This document shows, in pieces, positions 1 through 9,641 of a DNA stretch of 64,000 nt. The DNA is from a virus (Duplodnaviria; Caudoviricetes): positions 20,697 through 84,696 of IMG/VR virus record IMGVR_UViG_3300020045_006302; one strand, written 5' to 3'. The translations under genes and the position numbers were made by a program. The notes beneath the pieces were generated by a model. That model was not told the DNA's origin. It ran no database searches and saw only the letters and a program-made list of their open reading frames with translations. Each line of letters starts with the position of its first letter. The first letter of the stretch is position 1.

Positions 1-124
1 TTTTGATTTTCATATCCTTCATATACATGAAGTCCATCAGGAAATACAAATTGTTTTCCAGGAGTAGCATAAGTATTAGTATTACTTAATGTTGCATGTC
101 CTCTATCTAATATTAATGTATCTA

Positions 125-478
125 TCATTGTGTTGGTTTTTTAATATTTAACCTCTTGTAAATCTCTTCAAATTGCTTTTCAACTCCTTTTCTCCATTCA
201 AGTAATCCAGCTTCTGTAACTCGCATTTCATAAATATGTTTTGTAAGTTCTTCTACTTTACCTGATAATGTTTGTGTAATTTTATTAGTAGTTTCTACAT
301 CTTTCTTTACTAATGATATTTCTGTTTTAATTTCAGACATTATATCTTTAATAGAAGAAAGTAAATCTACATTTCTTTCATTTTGTTTATCTGCTTTATT
401 AATTACATATTTAATTAACCATCCTGATAGACCTAAAAGAACTGAAAATATAATAGTTATAATATTTTGTGTTGTCAT
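125..478 (-). CDS. Holin-like membrane-anchored coiled-coil protein
   Basis: Single N-terminal hydrophobic helix (IITIIFSVLLGLSGWLI) followed by a long heptad-rich coil; lies downstream of tail genes. Confidence 0.45.
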   Translation of the reverse strand: MTTQNIITIIFSVLLGLSGWLIKYVINKADKQNERNVDLLSSIKDIMSEIKTEISLVKKDVETTNKITQTLSGKVEELTKHIYEMRVTEAGLLEWRKGVEKQFEEIYKRLNIKKPTQ

Positions 479-488
479 AAATTATTAA

Positions 489-872
489 TTATTTAATTAC
501 TAATATATCCTCTAATAACATAATTACTTCTAACTCAATATTACTGTCTTTCATATAATTATAAAAAGATTCTTCATTTATTAAATTAGTATTTTCTAAT
601 TCTACTAAAGTATTATTCATATCTATAATATCTTTATTAAAATTATCTTTTACTGATTCATCACTATACTCACTTTTAAGAGTTTCTTCATTAAATATTA
701 CACCATTTCTTTTAAATATTTCTTCTTGTAAAGTAATAACTAATTCTAATTCTTTTTTAATTTCAAATTTTAATTTAATAATTGCTTTTAAGTCTTCAAT
801 TTCTATTTTATTTGTTTTAATATTATTTAAAGCTTTATTAATATTTACTAAATCTTTTATTTTAATTTTCAT
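489..872 (-). CDS. Hypothetical protein
   Basis: 127-aa ORF, co-oriented and tightly packed in the late operon. Confidence 0.6.
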   Translation of the reverse strand: MKIKIKDLVNINKALNNIKTNKIEIEDLKAIIKLKFEIKKELELVITLQEEIFKRNGVIFNEETLKSEYSDESVKDNFNKDIIDMNNTLVELENTNLINEESFYNYMKDSNIELEVIMLLEDILVIK

Positions 873-899
873 TTATTTTCATTATTAAGGTTAATTTAT

Positions 900-1412
900 T
901 TATAAAGAAGGAGGTGCACTTATTGCTTGCCAAGTATCATTATTTCCATTTTCTATTACTTTAATATATATAGCACCTCCTAATAGTATATTAGGACAAC
1001 AAATTAATTGTCCTAAATTAACATTAGGATAAGTTGTATTTAAATAACTTTTACTTAATCCTACTGTAGTATTATTTACTATAATATTAGATATAATAGG
1101 TTTATTTTTAATGTAATCTAATAATCCTGTATTTGTTTGTAACCAATCTACTTGTATTTGAGGAGAAGGAATAACAGGAAAAGTTACTTTACTTCCATTT
1201 CCTGTTATATATTGAGTACTATTTCCATTTGGATTAATAGGCGTATATCCTAATGCATTTATTATTTGTGTACTATCAATAGATACTAAATATCCTGCTC
1301 CATTACTAAGTTGGTTATTATTAATCGGAATATTATTTAATTTAGCAAATGTATCTAAAGATTCTAATGATAATGCTTTAGTAGTTGAATTATATATAAC
1401 TACACTATTCAT
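900..1412 (-). CDS. Tail fibre/spike-associated protein
   Basis: ALGYTP and QVDWLQTNTGLLDYIKNKP motifs typical of Bacteroidota phage fibre proteins. Confidence 0.55.
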   Translation of the reverse strand: MNSVVIYNSTTKALSLESLDTFAKLNNIPINNNQLSNGAGYLVSIDSTQIINALGYTPINPNGNSTQYITGNGSKVTFPVIPSPQIQVDWLQTNTGLLDYIKNKPIISNIIVNNTTVGLSKSYLNTTYPNVNLGQLICCPNILLGGAIYIKVIENGNNDTWQAISAPPSL

Positions 1413-1840
1413 TCTTCTGTATTTTTAAATATTAATATATAACTCCATTCTCCGTTTTTTCCTTTTGTATATTCTGTTTGACTTCCTTCAAAACTTCTAT
1501 TAGGTAAATTAGGACAAAATACTTTAAATCCTTCTAATTGATTACCATAGATTTCATTTAACATACTATTTGTTTGCCATGTTACAATTTCTTCATTAAC
1601 TATATTCATTACTTCTGAATTTATTAATGAAAGTTGTTCATTAACTTTTTGAATACGTAAATAAGTATCTTGTTCTTCTTGTGTTGCTGCATTATACCAA
1701 CTATTTGTATTTGTATTAAATCTTGGGTCAGCCCAATTTTCTGTACATAAAACAGAGGTAGAATTTGGAGGTTGGTCTTCATAAAACATAGTACTTATAG
1801 GTTTATAAGTATTAAGGTCATAGATTGTGTAGAGTTGCAT
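1409..1840 (-). CDS. Hypothetical protein, possible fibre assembly factor
   Basis: ORF directly after the fibre gene; N-terminal PPNSTSV..WADPRFN..W pattern. Confidence 0.4.
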   Translation of the reverse strand: MQLYTIYDLNTYKPISTMFYEDQPPNSTSVLCTENWADPRFNTNTNSWYNAATQEEQDTYLRIQKVNEQLSLINSEVMNIVNEEIVTWQTNSMLNEIYGNQLEGFKVFCPNLPNRSFEGSQTEYTKGKNGEWSYILIFKNTEE

Positions 1841-1842
1841 AG

Positions 1843-3246
1843 TTATAGTTTATCGTTAGTTAATTTAAAATAAGATATAAATGCACTATCTGCTGCATTT
1901 GAAAGTGTTATAGAAAAAAATATATATACTGGTTGAGTTATATCTACTATTTGGCCTGTAAATCCTGCGGAATTAGTTAAATAACTTGAAGGTGTAGCAG
2001 TTGCTCTGTGTACGACAATCCAACCTGCATTCTTAAATTTACCTGTTCTTTGTAGTGTTCCACCGCCTGATGTACTTACAAATGTCTGTTCAATCATTGT
2101 AGCTGCGGTAGTTGGGGGAGTGAAAGTAGCGTTATTAGATATATACATCTTTACAACTTTGGATGCTACTTGTGGAGATGTAAAAGTAAAAGATACTTCC
2201 ATTGTTAATGCGCCATAACTAAGTTTATTTGCAGGTACGTCAAATCTTTTAAGTAGTGTTTCTGTTGTAACTCCTGTAATAGGTGTGGAATCACTTGTAT
2301 CCAATAATATCTTTTTTGATGTAGCATCTGTTAATGCATTTTCTACAAATTCAGTATTTGCAATATTTTTAGATACATCCCCTGTTGTTTGGGTGTTTAC
2401 CTTGTTAGAAGTTGTTAATCTAAAACTATCTGTTATACTATTATAGATTAACATATAAGAAATATTAGCATCTATTATACCTGCTTGCAATGCAGAACCT
2501 CCTACAGTTATAGCTTTTGCACCTAAACCATTTATATTTAATGTAGATGCTCCTGTATTTGCAGTAGTAAATCTTATAAAATATTTACTCATATCTGAAT
2601 AAGTTGTTATTGCCGGAGTTAAACTTGCTACATAAGTATCTGTTCCTGTTGTAGTAGCTTTAATTTCTGCATTATTTTGACTTATTTTAGTAAGTAATTT
2701 AGTATCTACATATATCTTTTGGGTATAATCTAAATTTTGTATATTTGCACTATGGTCTATATTAGATATTAATCCTCTTGAATTAGCAGCATCGCTCATT
2801 AAAGTTAAATTCCCATTAACACCTAATACAAGTCTTGTATATGTTAAACTTGTATTTGCATATAATACATTTGTTGTATTATTAATAAATATACCAAAAG
2901 AATTATTATTTGTTGCCATTCCTGTAAGTATATTTATACCTGCATCAATAGCACTGGTAGCAATTCCTATTTCTCCTGTTACTTTTCCTGTAGGTAATGT
3001 TCCAGCTAAAGGTATATAATCTCCTGTTCCACTTCCTCCTGAAAATACTACCCATTCTTCTGCTTCTTCATCATAATTATAATATGTTTTTTCATCTTGT
3101 ACATAAGTTAATAATCCATCATATAAATAAAATATTTCATCTAAATCTTCTACAGTCGGTACGACAAATCTTCTATCTATAGGAGTAAATCCTTGTATTT
3201 CCGTCCCTGTAGGAAGTAAAATACCATTTATATAAGTATATGCCAT
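1843..3246 (-). CDS. Tail fibre / receptor-binding protein
   Basis: N-terminal IDRRFVV..YDGLLTYVQDEKTYY attachment-like domain; TGTDTYVASLTPAITTY..FTTANTGASTLNINGLGAK fibre motif; Thr/Gly/Asn-rich. Confidence 0.7.
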   Translation of the reverse strand: MAYTYINGILLPTGTEIQGFTPIDRRFVVPTVEDLDEIFYLYDGLLTYVQDEKTYYNYDEEAEEWVVFSGGSGTGDYIPLAGTLPTGKVTGEIGIATSAIDAGINILTGMATNNNSFGIFINNTTNVLYANTSLTYTRLVLGVNGNLTLMSDAANSRGLISNIDHSANIQNLDYTQKIYVDTKLLTKISQNNAEIKATTTGTDTYVASLTPAITTYSDMSKYFIRFTTANTGASTLNINGLGAKAITVGGSALQAGIIDANISYMLIYNSITDSFRLTTSNKVNTQTTGDVSKNIANTEFVENALTDATSKKILLDTSDSTPITGVTTETLLKRFDVPANKLSYGALTMEVSFTFTSPQVASKVVKMYISNNATFTPPTTAATMIEQTFVSTSGGGTLQRTGKFKNAGWIVVHRATATPSSYLTNSAGFTGQIVDITQPVYIFFSITLSNAADSAFISYFKLTNDKL

Positions 3247-4760
3247 TATGATAATGTATAATTAATAGTTGAATGTATTTGTAATTCTCTTGTTCTATAC
3301 AAAGTTAAATTACTTGTAGTAGTTCCATTAGCAAGTATTAGAGTAAAATCTTTTTTAATAAAGAATGCAGTAGTACTATCCCATTCTCCAATAGTTAAAG
3401 GAAATCCTGTACTTATTGTAGCATCGCTTTTTGTAGATATAAAATATATATATTCATTAGCCACAGCGATATCTACTGATATTGTAGGATTTGATAATAA
3501 AAATTTAATTATATCTGTATTAATTAGTGTATAATCTTCTTCACTTAAATCTTCATTACCTGATGTACCATACCATTGAGGTATTATTCCTGTAGATGTA
3601 ACTATAGAAGTTTGTGTTACTGTAGTTCCTAACCTATTTATTGTTAAAGTTAAAGTAAATATTACAGTAGTTGCTAAATTACCAACATTTACTGTAGTAC
3701 TTCCTTCATCTACAAATTCTAATACATTTAAACTATATCCGTTATTACCAGTTAATACTGCATTTGTAATAATATCGTTATTACTAATTATATTTAAAGT
3801 TATATTTGTATTTCTATTAACACCTCTTTCTCCCGATGAAGGGCTTATAGTTAAAGATGTAGTTGCATTTTTATGTAATAATTCTCTTATTCCTTCATAT
3901 TCATCTTCTGCTAAGTGAAATCTTTCTGTTACTGTTCCTCCTTGTATTTGTAGTAAATCATTATGTAATGAACTTGTTGAAGGATTTGGTACATCAGGAT
4001 TTATTTGTAAATATGTATTTTCTAATGCAGTAAAATTCAATTCACAAGGTAAACATTTTTTAATAATTTCTAATTGAAATTTTAAATCTAATTCTGCTAA
4101 TTCTTCTTCTGTTATATCTTCTACTATATATTTATTATAAAAATATGCAGCTAAATAAAATATAGATAAATAAAATTTATATAATTTTTCTGAATAATAT
4201 AAATCAAATGTAATTAATCTTTGTTTATTTATTTCTAACAATTCTTCATCTATAAATTCTCTATATAAATATGTAGCATCTTGTAAAAATTGATAAATTT
4301 CATATCCATATGCTTGTTGTCCTACTTCTGCAATTGGTCTTATATTATATATATAAGTCTGCATCATACTCATTAAGTTTTGATATGATATACATCTATT
4401 TGCTTTATCATCGCATTTACAATTTGTACATTTACATTTTTTACATAATAAAGTTTTTAATGAAGGTAATATTATATTATAAAATATACTATTTTGTAAA
4501 TACACTACATAAGAACCTAATAAATCTTCTGTAGTTGCATCTACTATATCTATTATCAAAGGTATTGTATTAAAACCAGGTATATTTGAAGTATTAATTG
4601 ATGCTTCATTTCCTGTTTCTATTACAATAGGATTAATATATTCTTGTACTGGTCTTGTAATATGTACAATAACATTTAAAGGTACTGTACCTATATTATT
4701 CAAAACTACTTCGTCTATTCTTTGGTCTATTGTAACTATTCCTCCTAATTCTAATCCCAT
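3246..4760 (-). CDS. Virion tail structural protein with Cys-rich segment and C-terminal beta-rich (Ig-like) part
   Basis: CKKCKCTNCKC..C cluster; Thr-rich C-terminal half; position between the capsid module and fibre genes. Confidence 0.5.
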   Translation of the reverse strand: MGLELGGIVTIDQRIDEVVLNNIGTVPLNVIVHITRPVQEYINPIVIETGNEASINTSNIPGFNTIPLIIDIVDATTEDLLGSYVVYLQNSIFYNIILPSLKTLLCKKCKCTNCKCDDKANRCISYQNLMSMMQTYIYNIRPIAEVGQQAYGYEIYQFLQDATYLYREFIDEELLEINKQRLITFDLYYSEKLYKFYLSIFYLAAYFYNKYIVEDITEEELAELDLKFQLEIIKKCLPCELNFTALENTYLQINPDVPNPSTSSLHNDLLQIQGGTVTERFHLAEDEYEGIRELLHKNATTSLTISPSSGERGVNRNTNITLNIISNNDIITNAVLTGNNGYSLNVLEFVDEGSTTVNVGNLATTVIFTLTLTINRLGTTVTQTSIVTSTGIIPQWYGTSGNEDLSEEDYTLINTDIIKFLLSNPTISVDIAVANEYIYFISTKSDATISTGFPLTIGEWDSTTAFFIKKDFTLILANGTTTSNLTLYRTRELQIHSTINYTLS

Positions 4761-4774
4761 TACTTTTTTAAATT

Positions 4775-4810
4775 AAAAAACTGCTATTACATCAATAGCA
4801 ATAGCAGTTT
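4775..4810 (-). terminator. Rho-independent terminator
   Basis: AAACTGCTATT/AATAGCAGTTT 11-bp stem with a T-run after it on the minus strand. Confidence 0.75.
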
Positions 4811-4835
4811 AAATTAATAATTAAATCAAAAATAA

Positions 4836-5804
4836 TTATGCTGCACCTGTAGTAGTTGCACCATCTACTTCACTTGTATCAGGTACATTACTTCCCGGTT
4901 CTGCGTTATCTGTACCTGACCAACCTAATCCAAATACTTGTGCTAATATAGCAGCCAGTCTTGTTTGTAATGCAGTTGCTGCAGAAGGATAGGCAATTGC
5001 AATTGTATTTCTTGCTGAAAATCTTTTTACAGTAGGACTATCATTTTCAGATGTAAATCCAATAGTAGCTATACTATATGTACCGCTTCCTACTGCATCA
5101 GGATTATAATTAAACCATAAATCACTATTTTCAATTACACCGTCATTTCCTTTATAACGTGTATAATCTTTTTCCATTGCTTGTACATCTGTACCTACTC
5201 CAATTCCTGGTACTGGTGCAGTAGTATATGTACCTGTAACTCCTGCTGCAATTCCTCTTGTTCCTATTGCTAAGTCTACATGTGGATTTGATAGAGTAAT
5301 TGTTAGGTTAGTTGTAGAAGTTGATGCAACATACCAATTAGGAACTTGTCCACTTGGATATGGATTATTAAGTTTTACTACAACTCTTGCTAAAAATTGT
5401 GCAGTAGTTTCTGTAGATTTCTTAGTTAGATTTACATTACGTCTTTCTGTATTAATAGTATGATTATGTGATTTATTCATTATTGTAAAATCAAATTCTC
5501 CTACTGTACTATCTGTAATACTTGCATAAGGAATTACAAATACACCATTAACAGGTGCCCTATAATATTGCCAATTTACATAATCTACACTTCTCCTTAA
5601 TATAGGAACAGAAGTATGTACAGTTCCATCATCTTTTTTAACGATAAATTGAACTCGTTTAATATCTTGTGCCTGTCCTGCAGTACCATCCAAAATTACT
5701 TTACCATCTCCAAGTACTACTAATTCCCCTGCTGCAATTGTATTAAGTGCTGCAACTGCTGTAATACTTGATACTACATTTTTTAATACGAATATATCTT
5801 CCAT
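4836..5804 (-). CDS. Auxiliary capsid protein-like (crAss structural protein)
   Basis: 322 aa, Thr/Ala/Gly-rich; position after the ring protein as in crAss-like gene order; has its own terminator. Confidence 0.55.
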   Translation of the reverse strand: MEDIFVLKNVVSSITAVAALNTIAAGELVVLGDGKVILDGTAGQAQDIKRVQFIVKKDDGTVHTSVPILRRSVDYVNWQYYRAPVNGVFVIPYASITDSTVGEFDFTIMNKSHNHTINTERRNVNLTKKSTETTAQFLARVVVKLNNPYPSGQVPNWYVASTSTTNLTITLSNPHVDLAIGTRGIAAGVTGTYTTAPVPGIGVGTDVQAMEKDYTRYKGNDGVIENSDLWFNYNPDAVGSGTYSIATIGFTSENDSPTVKRFSARNTIAIAYPSAATALQTRLAAILAQVFGLGWSGTDNAEPGSNVPDTSEVDGATTTGAA

Positions 5805-5819
5805 CTTTTATTGTTTTTG

Positions 5820-6911
5820 TTATTCTATTATTATATTTTCTCTTACATATTTTTCATAATCATCACTTCCTACTACTCCTAATATAGTTTGTGCTGTATT
5901 AGATATTACTTCTTCAAGTATAGTATTATTTAATTCCGAACTACTATTCAAAAGTAAGTCAACTATCACAGGTTTACGCAAATAGGTCAATTTTACGGCA
6001 TGAACTCTGACACCGGCAGGTTTGGGTATCTCTATGAAAAATTCACGTAACACAGCGCAAACACTGGCATCTACAGACCTGCTAAGATATGAGTTTAAAA
6101 CGTCGGTTTTATATTCCTCGTCTATAACTCTAACCTCTCCTTCTTTTACTTTTGTATCCGGAATTGTATTTATATTATATGTAAATGCTGCAGAATCAAT
6201 TTCATAAATTTCATCATTTACAAGTACAGTTAAATCTGTTAAATTACCTATTAATTCTATTTTATTATTAAAAGTATTATAACTTACTTCTGTTATTACA
6301 TTATTATTAATATTAATATTATTATAAAAAGAAACAGTAGTATCTACAAATTGTAATTCTCTAAGTCTTTTTTTAATTATTTGTACTACTGCATTATTAA
6401 ATATAAAATTCTTTTTATAAGTTGGTATATTGTCTTGTGGTAAATAGCCATCAGGTAAATCATCTAATGAAAAAAGTGCTACAGTACCCAATACAGGTAA
6501 TGTAGCACTTATTTCCAAGGTATCTATATTATCAAAATTTTCAAAAGGATTAAAAGATATATTTCTAATTATTTCACTACTTTCATTATTTTCACATGAT
6601 ACATATGAAGATGCTGATATATAAAATAAATAATCTTTTGGTAGAGGAACTACTAAATCTTTATTATCAAACTGTAATACATTAATTACACGTGTAGTTA
6701 ATAATGGATTTAAATCCTGTATTCTTTTTTTAATATCAAATATTCCTTGTTGTTTATTATTAGATAGAGGGCTAAGTCTTTGTTTTATATATTTACTTAT
6801 TTCTCTATTAATAAAAAAATCATATTCCTGTGGCAAAAAACTTCTATTCCAATGTGTACTTGATTTTTGTACAAGTATGTTTAAACTATTGTGAAGTTCC
6901 TGCGTTGTCAT
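5820..6911 (-). CDS. Tail ring / head-tail connector protein (crAss gene-74-like)
   Basis: N-terminus MTTQELH..LVQK....RSFLPQEYDFFINRE and C-terminal YLRKP motif, as in crAss ring proteins; synteny. Confidence 0.7.
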   Translation of the reverse strand: MTTQELHNSLNILVQKSSTHWNRSFLPQEYDFFINREISKYIKQRLSPLSNNKQQGIFDIKKRIQDLNPLLTTRVINVLQFDNKDLVVPLPKDYLFYISASSYVSCENNESSEIIRNISFNPFENFDNIDTLEISATLPVLGTVALFSLDDLPDGYLPQDNIPTYKKNFIFNNAVVQIIKKRLRELQFVDTTVSFYNNININNNVITEVSYNTFNNKIELIGNLTDLTVLVNDEIYEIDSAAFTYNINTIPDTKVKEGEVRVIDEEYKTDVLNSYLSRSVDASVCAVLREFFIEIPKPAGVRVHAVKLTYLRKPVIVDLLLNSSSELNNTILEEVISNTAQTILGVVGSDDYEKYVRENIIIE

Positions 6912-6912
6912 A

Positions 6913-7977
6913 TTACTTTAAATTAATTTCTTTTTCTAATATATCTCGTATTATTATATTTTCTTGTATTTCTTTATTCTCTAAATATAATACTGCTTCA
7001 TCTATTGTTCTTCCTATCATAATACTATTATTATAATAATATATTTGTGTATTTGCAGGATTTTGTAATTTCCCTTTAGAAACACTCAATCGTATTAATA
7101 ATTTAGTTTCCCATTTATCATCCTGAGCAGCTTTTATAAATTTATCTATATTTTCTGGCTTACGATATAATTCATCAAGTACTATAATCTTTTCAATCAA
7201 ATCTTCTAATAATGCAGGAGTTTCTCCAAATTCAATTAATACTGCATCTACTTTCCTTTCATTATCTTGTAGAATACTAAATAATCTACCTGCTTCTTCT
7301 CTTTTTTGTATCATAGTATATTTAGTATTAATTGCACTTGATTTCTCAAATAAATAATACATAATTTTACCTGATTTATCTACATCTGCAAGACTATTTG
7401 CAACTCTTTGATGTTTTATACAGTAAGATAATAGTGCAAAATCTACAGCTGTATCCATATCTAATAATATAGCTACTTCTCCTTTATCATTTTTCTTTAC
7501 TAATCCTCTTTGTATAAAATCTATCTTTTCTTCTATAGTAGTTAGTTTTTGATATTGAGTTTCTGCTGCTTTTCGATTAAATTGAAATTTAATTTTACAA
7601 ACTTTACCTTTTTCATGTTCTTTTAGATTTTCATTATCAGGTGGAATTGGTACTCGTATTCCTTTCCAATAATCATCTGTCATACGTCTAAATTCAAATC
7701 CATTACTTTGGTGTCCTACAATTTCAGGCATAATAAGTAATTCTGCTTCTCCTGTTAATCCTTTTAGAATTGCTTTAGAACCTGACATAAAAGCTGAACC
7801 TAAATTCCAATTCATATCTACACCCGGAAGTCCTTTCATTTCTGAACTATCTTTCCTTCTTATAGAACATGTTAATTCTACTACTACAGGTATATAATTA
7901 ATATCCGTAGATTCTACTTTTTGTAATTTGTCTAATGGGTTACTTATAGCTGTTGTGCTTTCTGTATTAGTTTCCAT
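6913..7977 (-). CDS. Conserved crAss capsid-module protein (gene-75-like)
   Basis: 354-aa ORF immediately downstream of MCP, the conserved position in crAss-like phages. Confidence 0.55.
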   Translation of the reverse strand: METNTESTTAISNPLDKLQKVESTDINYIPVVVELTCSIRRKDSSEMKGLPGVDMNWNLGSAFMSGSKAILKGLTGEAELLIMPEIVGHQSNGFEFRRMTDDYWKGIRVPIPPDNENLKEHEKGKVCKIKFQFNRKAAETQYQKLTTIEEKIDFIQRGLVKKNDKGEVAILLDMDTAVDFALLSYCIKHQRVANSLADVDKSGKIMYYLFEKSSAINTKYTMIQKREEAGRLFSILQDNERKVDAVLIEFGETPALLEDLIEKIIVLDELYRKPENIDKFIKAAQDDKWETKLLIRLSVSKGKLQNPANTQIYYYNNSIMIGRTIDEAVLYLENKEIQENIIIRDILEKEINLK

Positions 7978-8020
7978 ACTTAATTAAATATATTTAAATT
8001 TATAATTTTTATTATTTTAG

Positions 8021-8061
8021 AAAATAAAGAAAGTCTACTAATTATTTTAGTAGACTTTCTT
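8021..8061 (-). terminator. Rho-independent terminator after MCP
   Basis: AAGAAAGTCTACTA/TAGTAGACTTTCTT 14-bp stem, then TATTTT on the minus strand. Confidence 0.85.
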
Positions 8062-8081
8062 GTAATTTTAGTTATATCTTT

Positions 8082-9608
8082 TTATGATATATCACAGTAT
8101 AAAGAGAAACAATGTGTATTCCTTTTTAAAGCTACCCCACAAGTTTTAAGCATGTGTATAGAACTTTTATCTTGTGAAGTTGATACTACTAATTCATTTG
8201 AATTACCTCCGTAAGATGCATCCGCAGTATTAAGCTGACCTTGTTTAAGAGCAGTCATACCTTGTTCTACGCCACGTACAAATTGACGTCCTTTTTGATG
8301 TACTAATTGAACATTGTTTTGTCCTTCATAGATACTCATATCAACAAAATGCATTTCATATGAAGTTAATGGCCAACCTGTTTCAGGATGTGTGGGTGCA
8401 TTTGCAGCACGTGAACCAAAGTCTAACATAGGTAATTCTGCAATTGTAACTGTATGTCCATCTATATGTCTAAATGTATCAAATGCCATACCAAAAGTTA
8501 AACTCATTGGAGAACCAGTAATAGTATTATTTAATGCACCATCAAGAAGTCTATATCCTGATGCTTTATCTTCTATAGCCCTACTAAATTCCCTACGTCC
8601 GCCTTTACCTGTAAATAGTACTACATTTAGATTATCTGTATCAGTTGCACCGTACATTACATCGCCTACTGTATTGAATAATTTAGCATAAGTTAATACA
8701 CTATAAAAATCCCTATTAGGTATTTGTTCTTTTAGTCCTGATGCATATGGAATTGGCATTTGAGTATCTGGATCAATTGTAGTAATACGTCCAAACGCAT
8801 CCCTATTATAAGTACTTTCCCATAAACTTTCTTCTACTGCTTCCTTAAACTCTAATTCTTTAGTATATTCATAATGTGGCATGAAATAATCTGTAAGTCC
8901 ATTTGCAGTTGGTAGTCTAAAGATTACTCGTTTATTAACTACATTACCTGCTACTTCAAAAGATTTACGTAATATACCAATTTGATTTTTAAGTTTACCG
9001 GGAAATTGAGTATTACTTTCATTACCAAATGAATAACTTTCAGAAGCATTTGCTCCTGCATTCATTGCCCATAGAGTATTATTAGTAAATTCAGATAGAG
9101 GTATAAAATCTTGATCTGATTTAGTAATAGGCTGGAGTATATATTTATATCCAGTACTAACTTTAGTAGGTTTTGCAGTTACCCTTGCTTTGTATCCATT
9201 TGGAGATACTATATTATGTTGATTTTTAAGCCATGCATCTTTAAATACAATTTCTATCATTGTATTCATATAACCAGGTTTTGCTCCTGTTGTATATTCA
9301 TGTCCTGCTATAGCTGATGTATAACGTGTACGTCCTTGTACTGGCCAATCATATTCTATATTCTCTATTCCAATTGATTTAGTTCCTCCCATTTGCCCTT
9401 CTGTAAGAAACAATAGTGGAAACTTTTTACTTTCATTACCCATTACATATGTTATAACAGGATTAAGTGTATCAGGGGCTACCATTCGAGATTGTGTAAG
9501 GGATTGTATATTTAAAAATCCTTTATCATCAAATGTTTCATCATATAATACTCTATATGAATTATTTTGTTGACCTGATAATGTGCTGTTAGGAGTTCCT
9601 ACTGCCAT
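8082..9608 (-). CDS. Major capsid protein (HK97 fold, crAss type)
   Basis: 508 aa; synteny terL-portal-X-MCP; motifs EYDWPV, KLKNQIGILRKSFEV, LFTGKGGRREF, MHFVDMS; strong downstream terminator. Confidence 0.85.
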   Translation of the reverse strand: MAVGTPNSTLSGQQNNSYRVLYDETFDDKGFLNIQSLTQSRMVAPDTLNPVITYVMGNESKKFPLLFLTEGQMGGTKSIGIENIEYDWPVQGRTRYTSAIAGHEYTTGAKPGYMNTMIEIVFKDAWLKNQHNIVSPNGYKARVTAKPTKVSTGYKYILQPITKSDQDFIPLSEFTNNTLWAMNAGANASESYSFGNESNTQFPGKLKNQIGILRKSFEVAGNVVNKRVIFRLPTANGLTDYFMPHYEYTKELEFKEAVEESLWESTYNRDAFGRITTIDPDTQMPIPYASGLKEQIPNRDFYSVLTYAKLFNTVGDVMYGATDTDNLNVVLFTGKGGRREFSRAIEDKASGYRLLDGALNNTITGSPMSLTFGMAFDTFRHIDGHTVTIAELPMLDFGSRAANAPTHPETGWPLTSYEMHFVDMSIYEGQNNVQLVHQKGRQFVRGVEQGMTALKQGQLNTADASYGGNSNELVVSTSQDKSSIHMLKTCGVALKRNTHCFSLYCDIS

Positions 9609-9641
9609 AATTTTACTTTTTAATTAATTTGTTTTTTCTTA

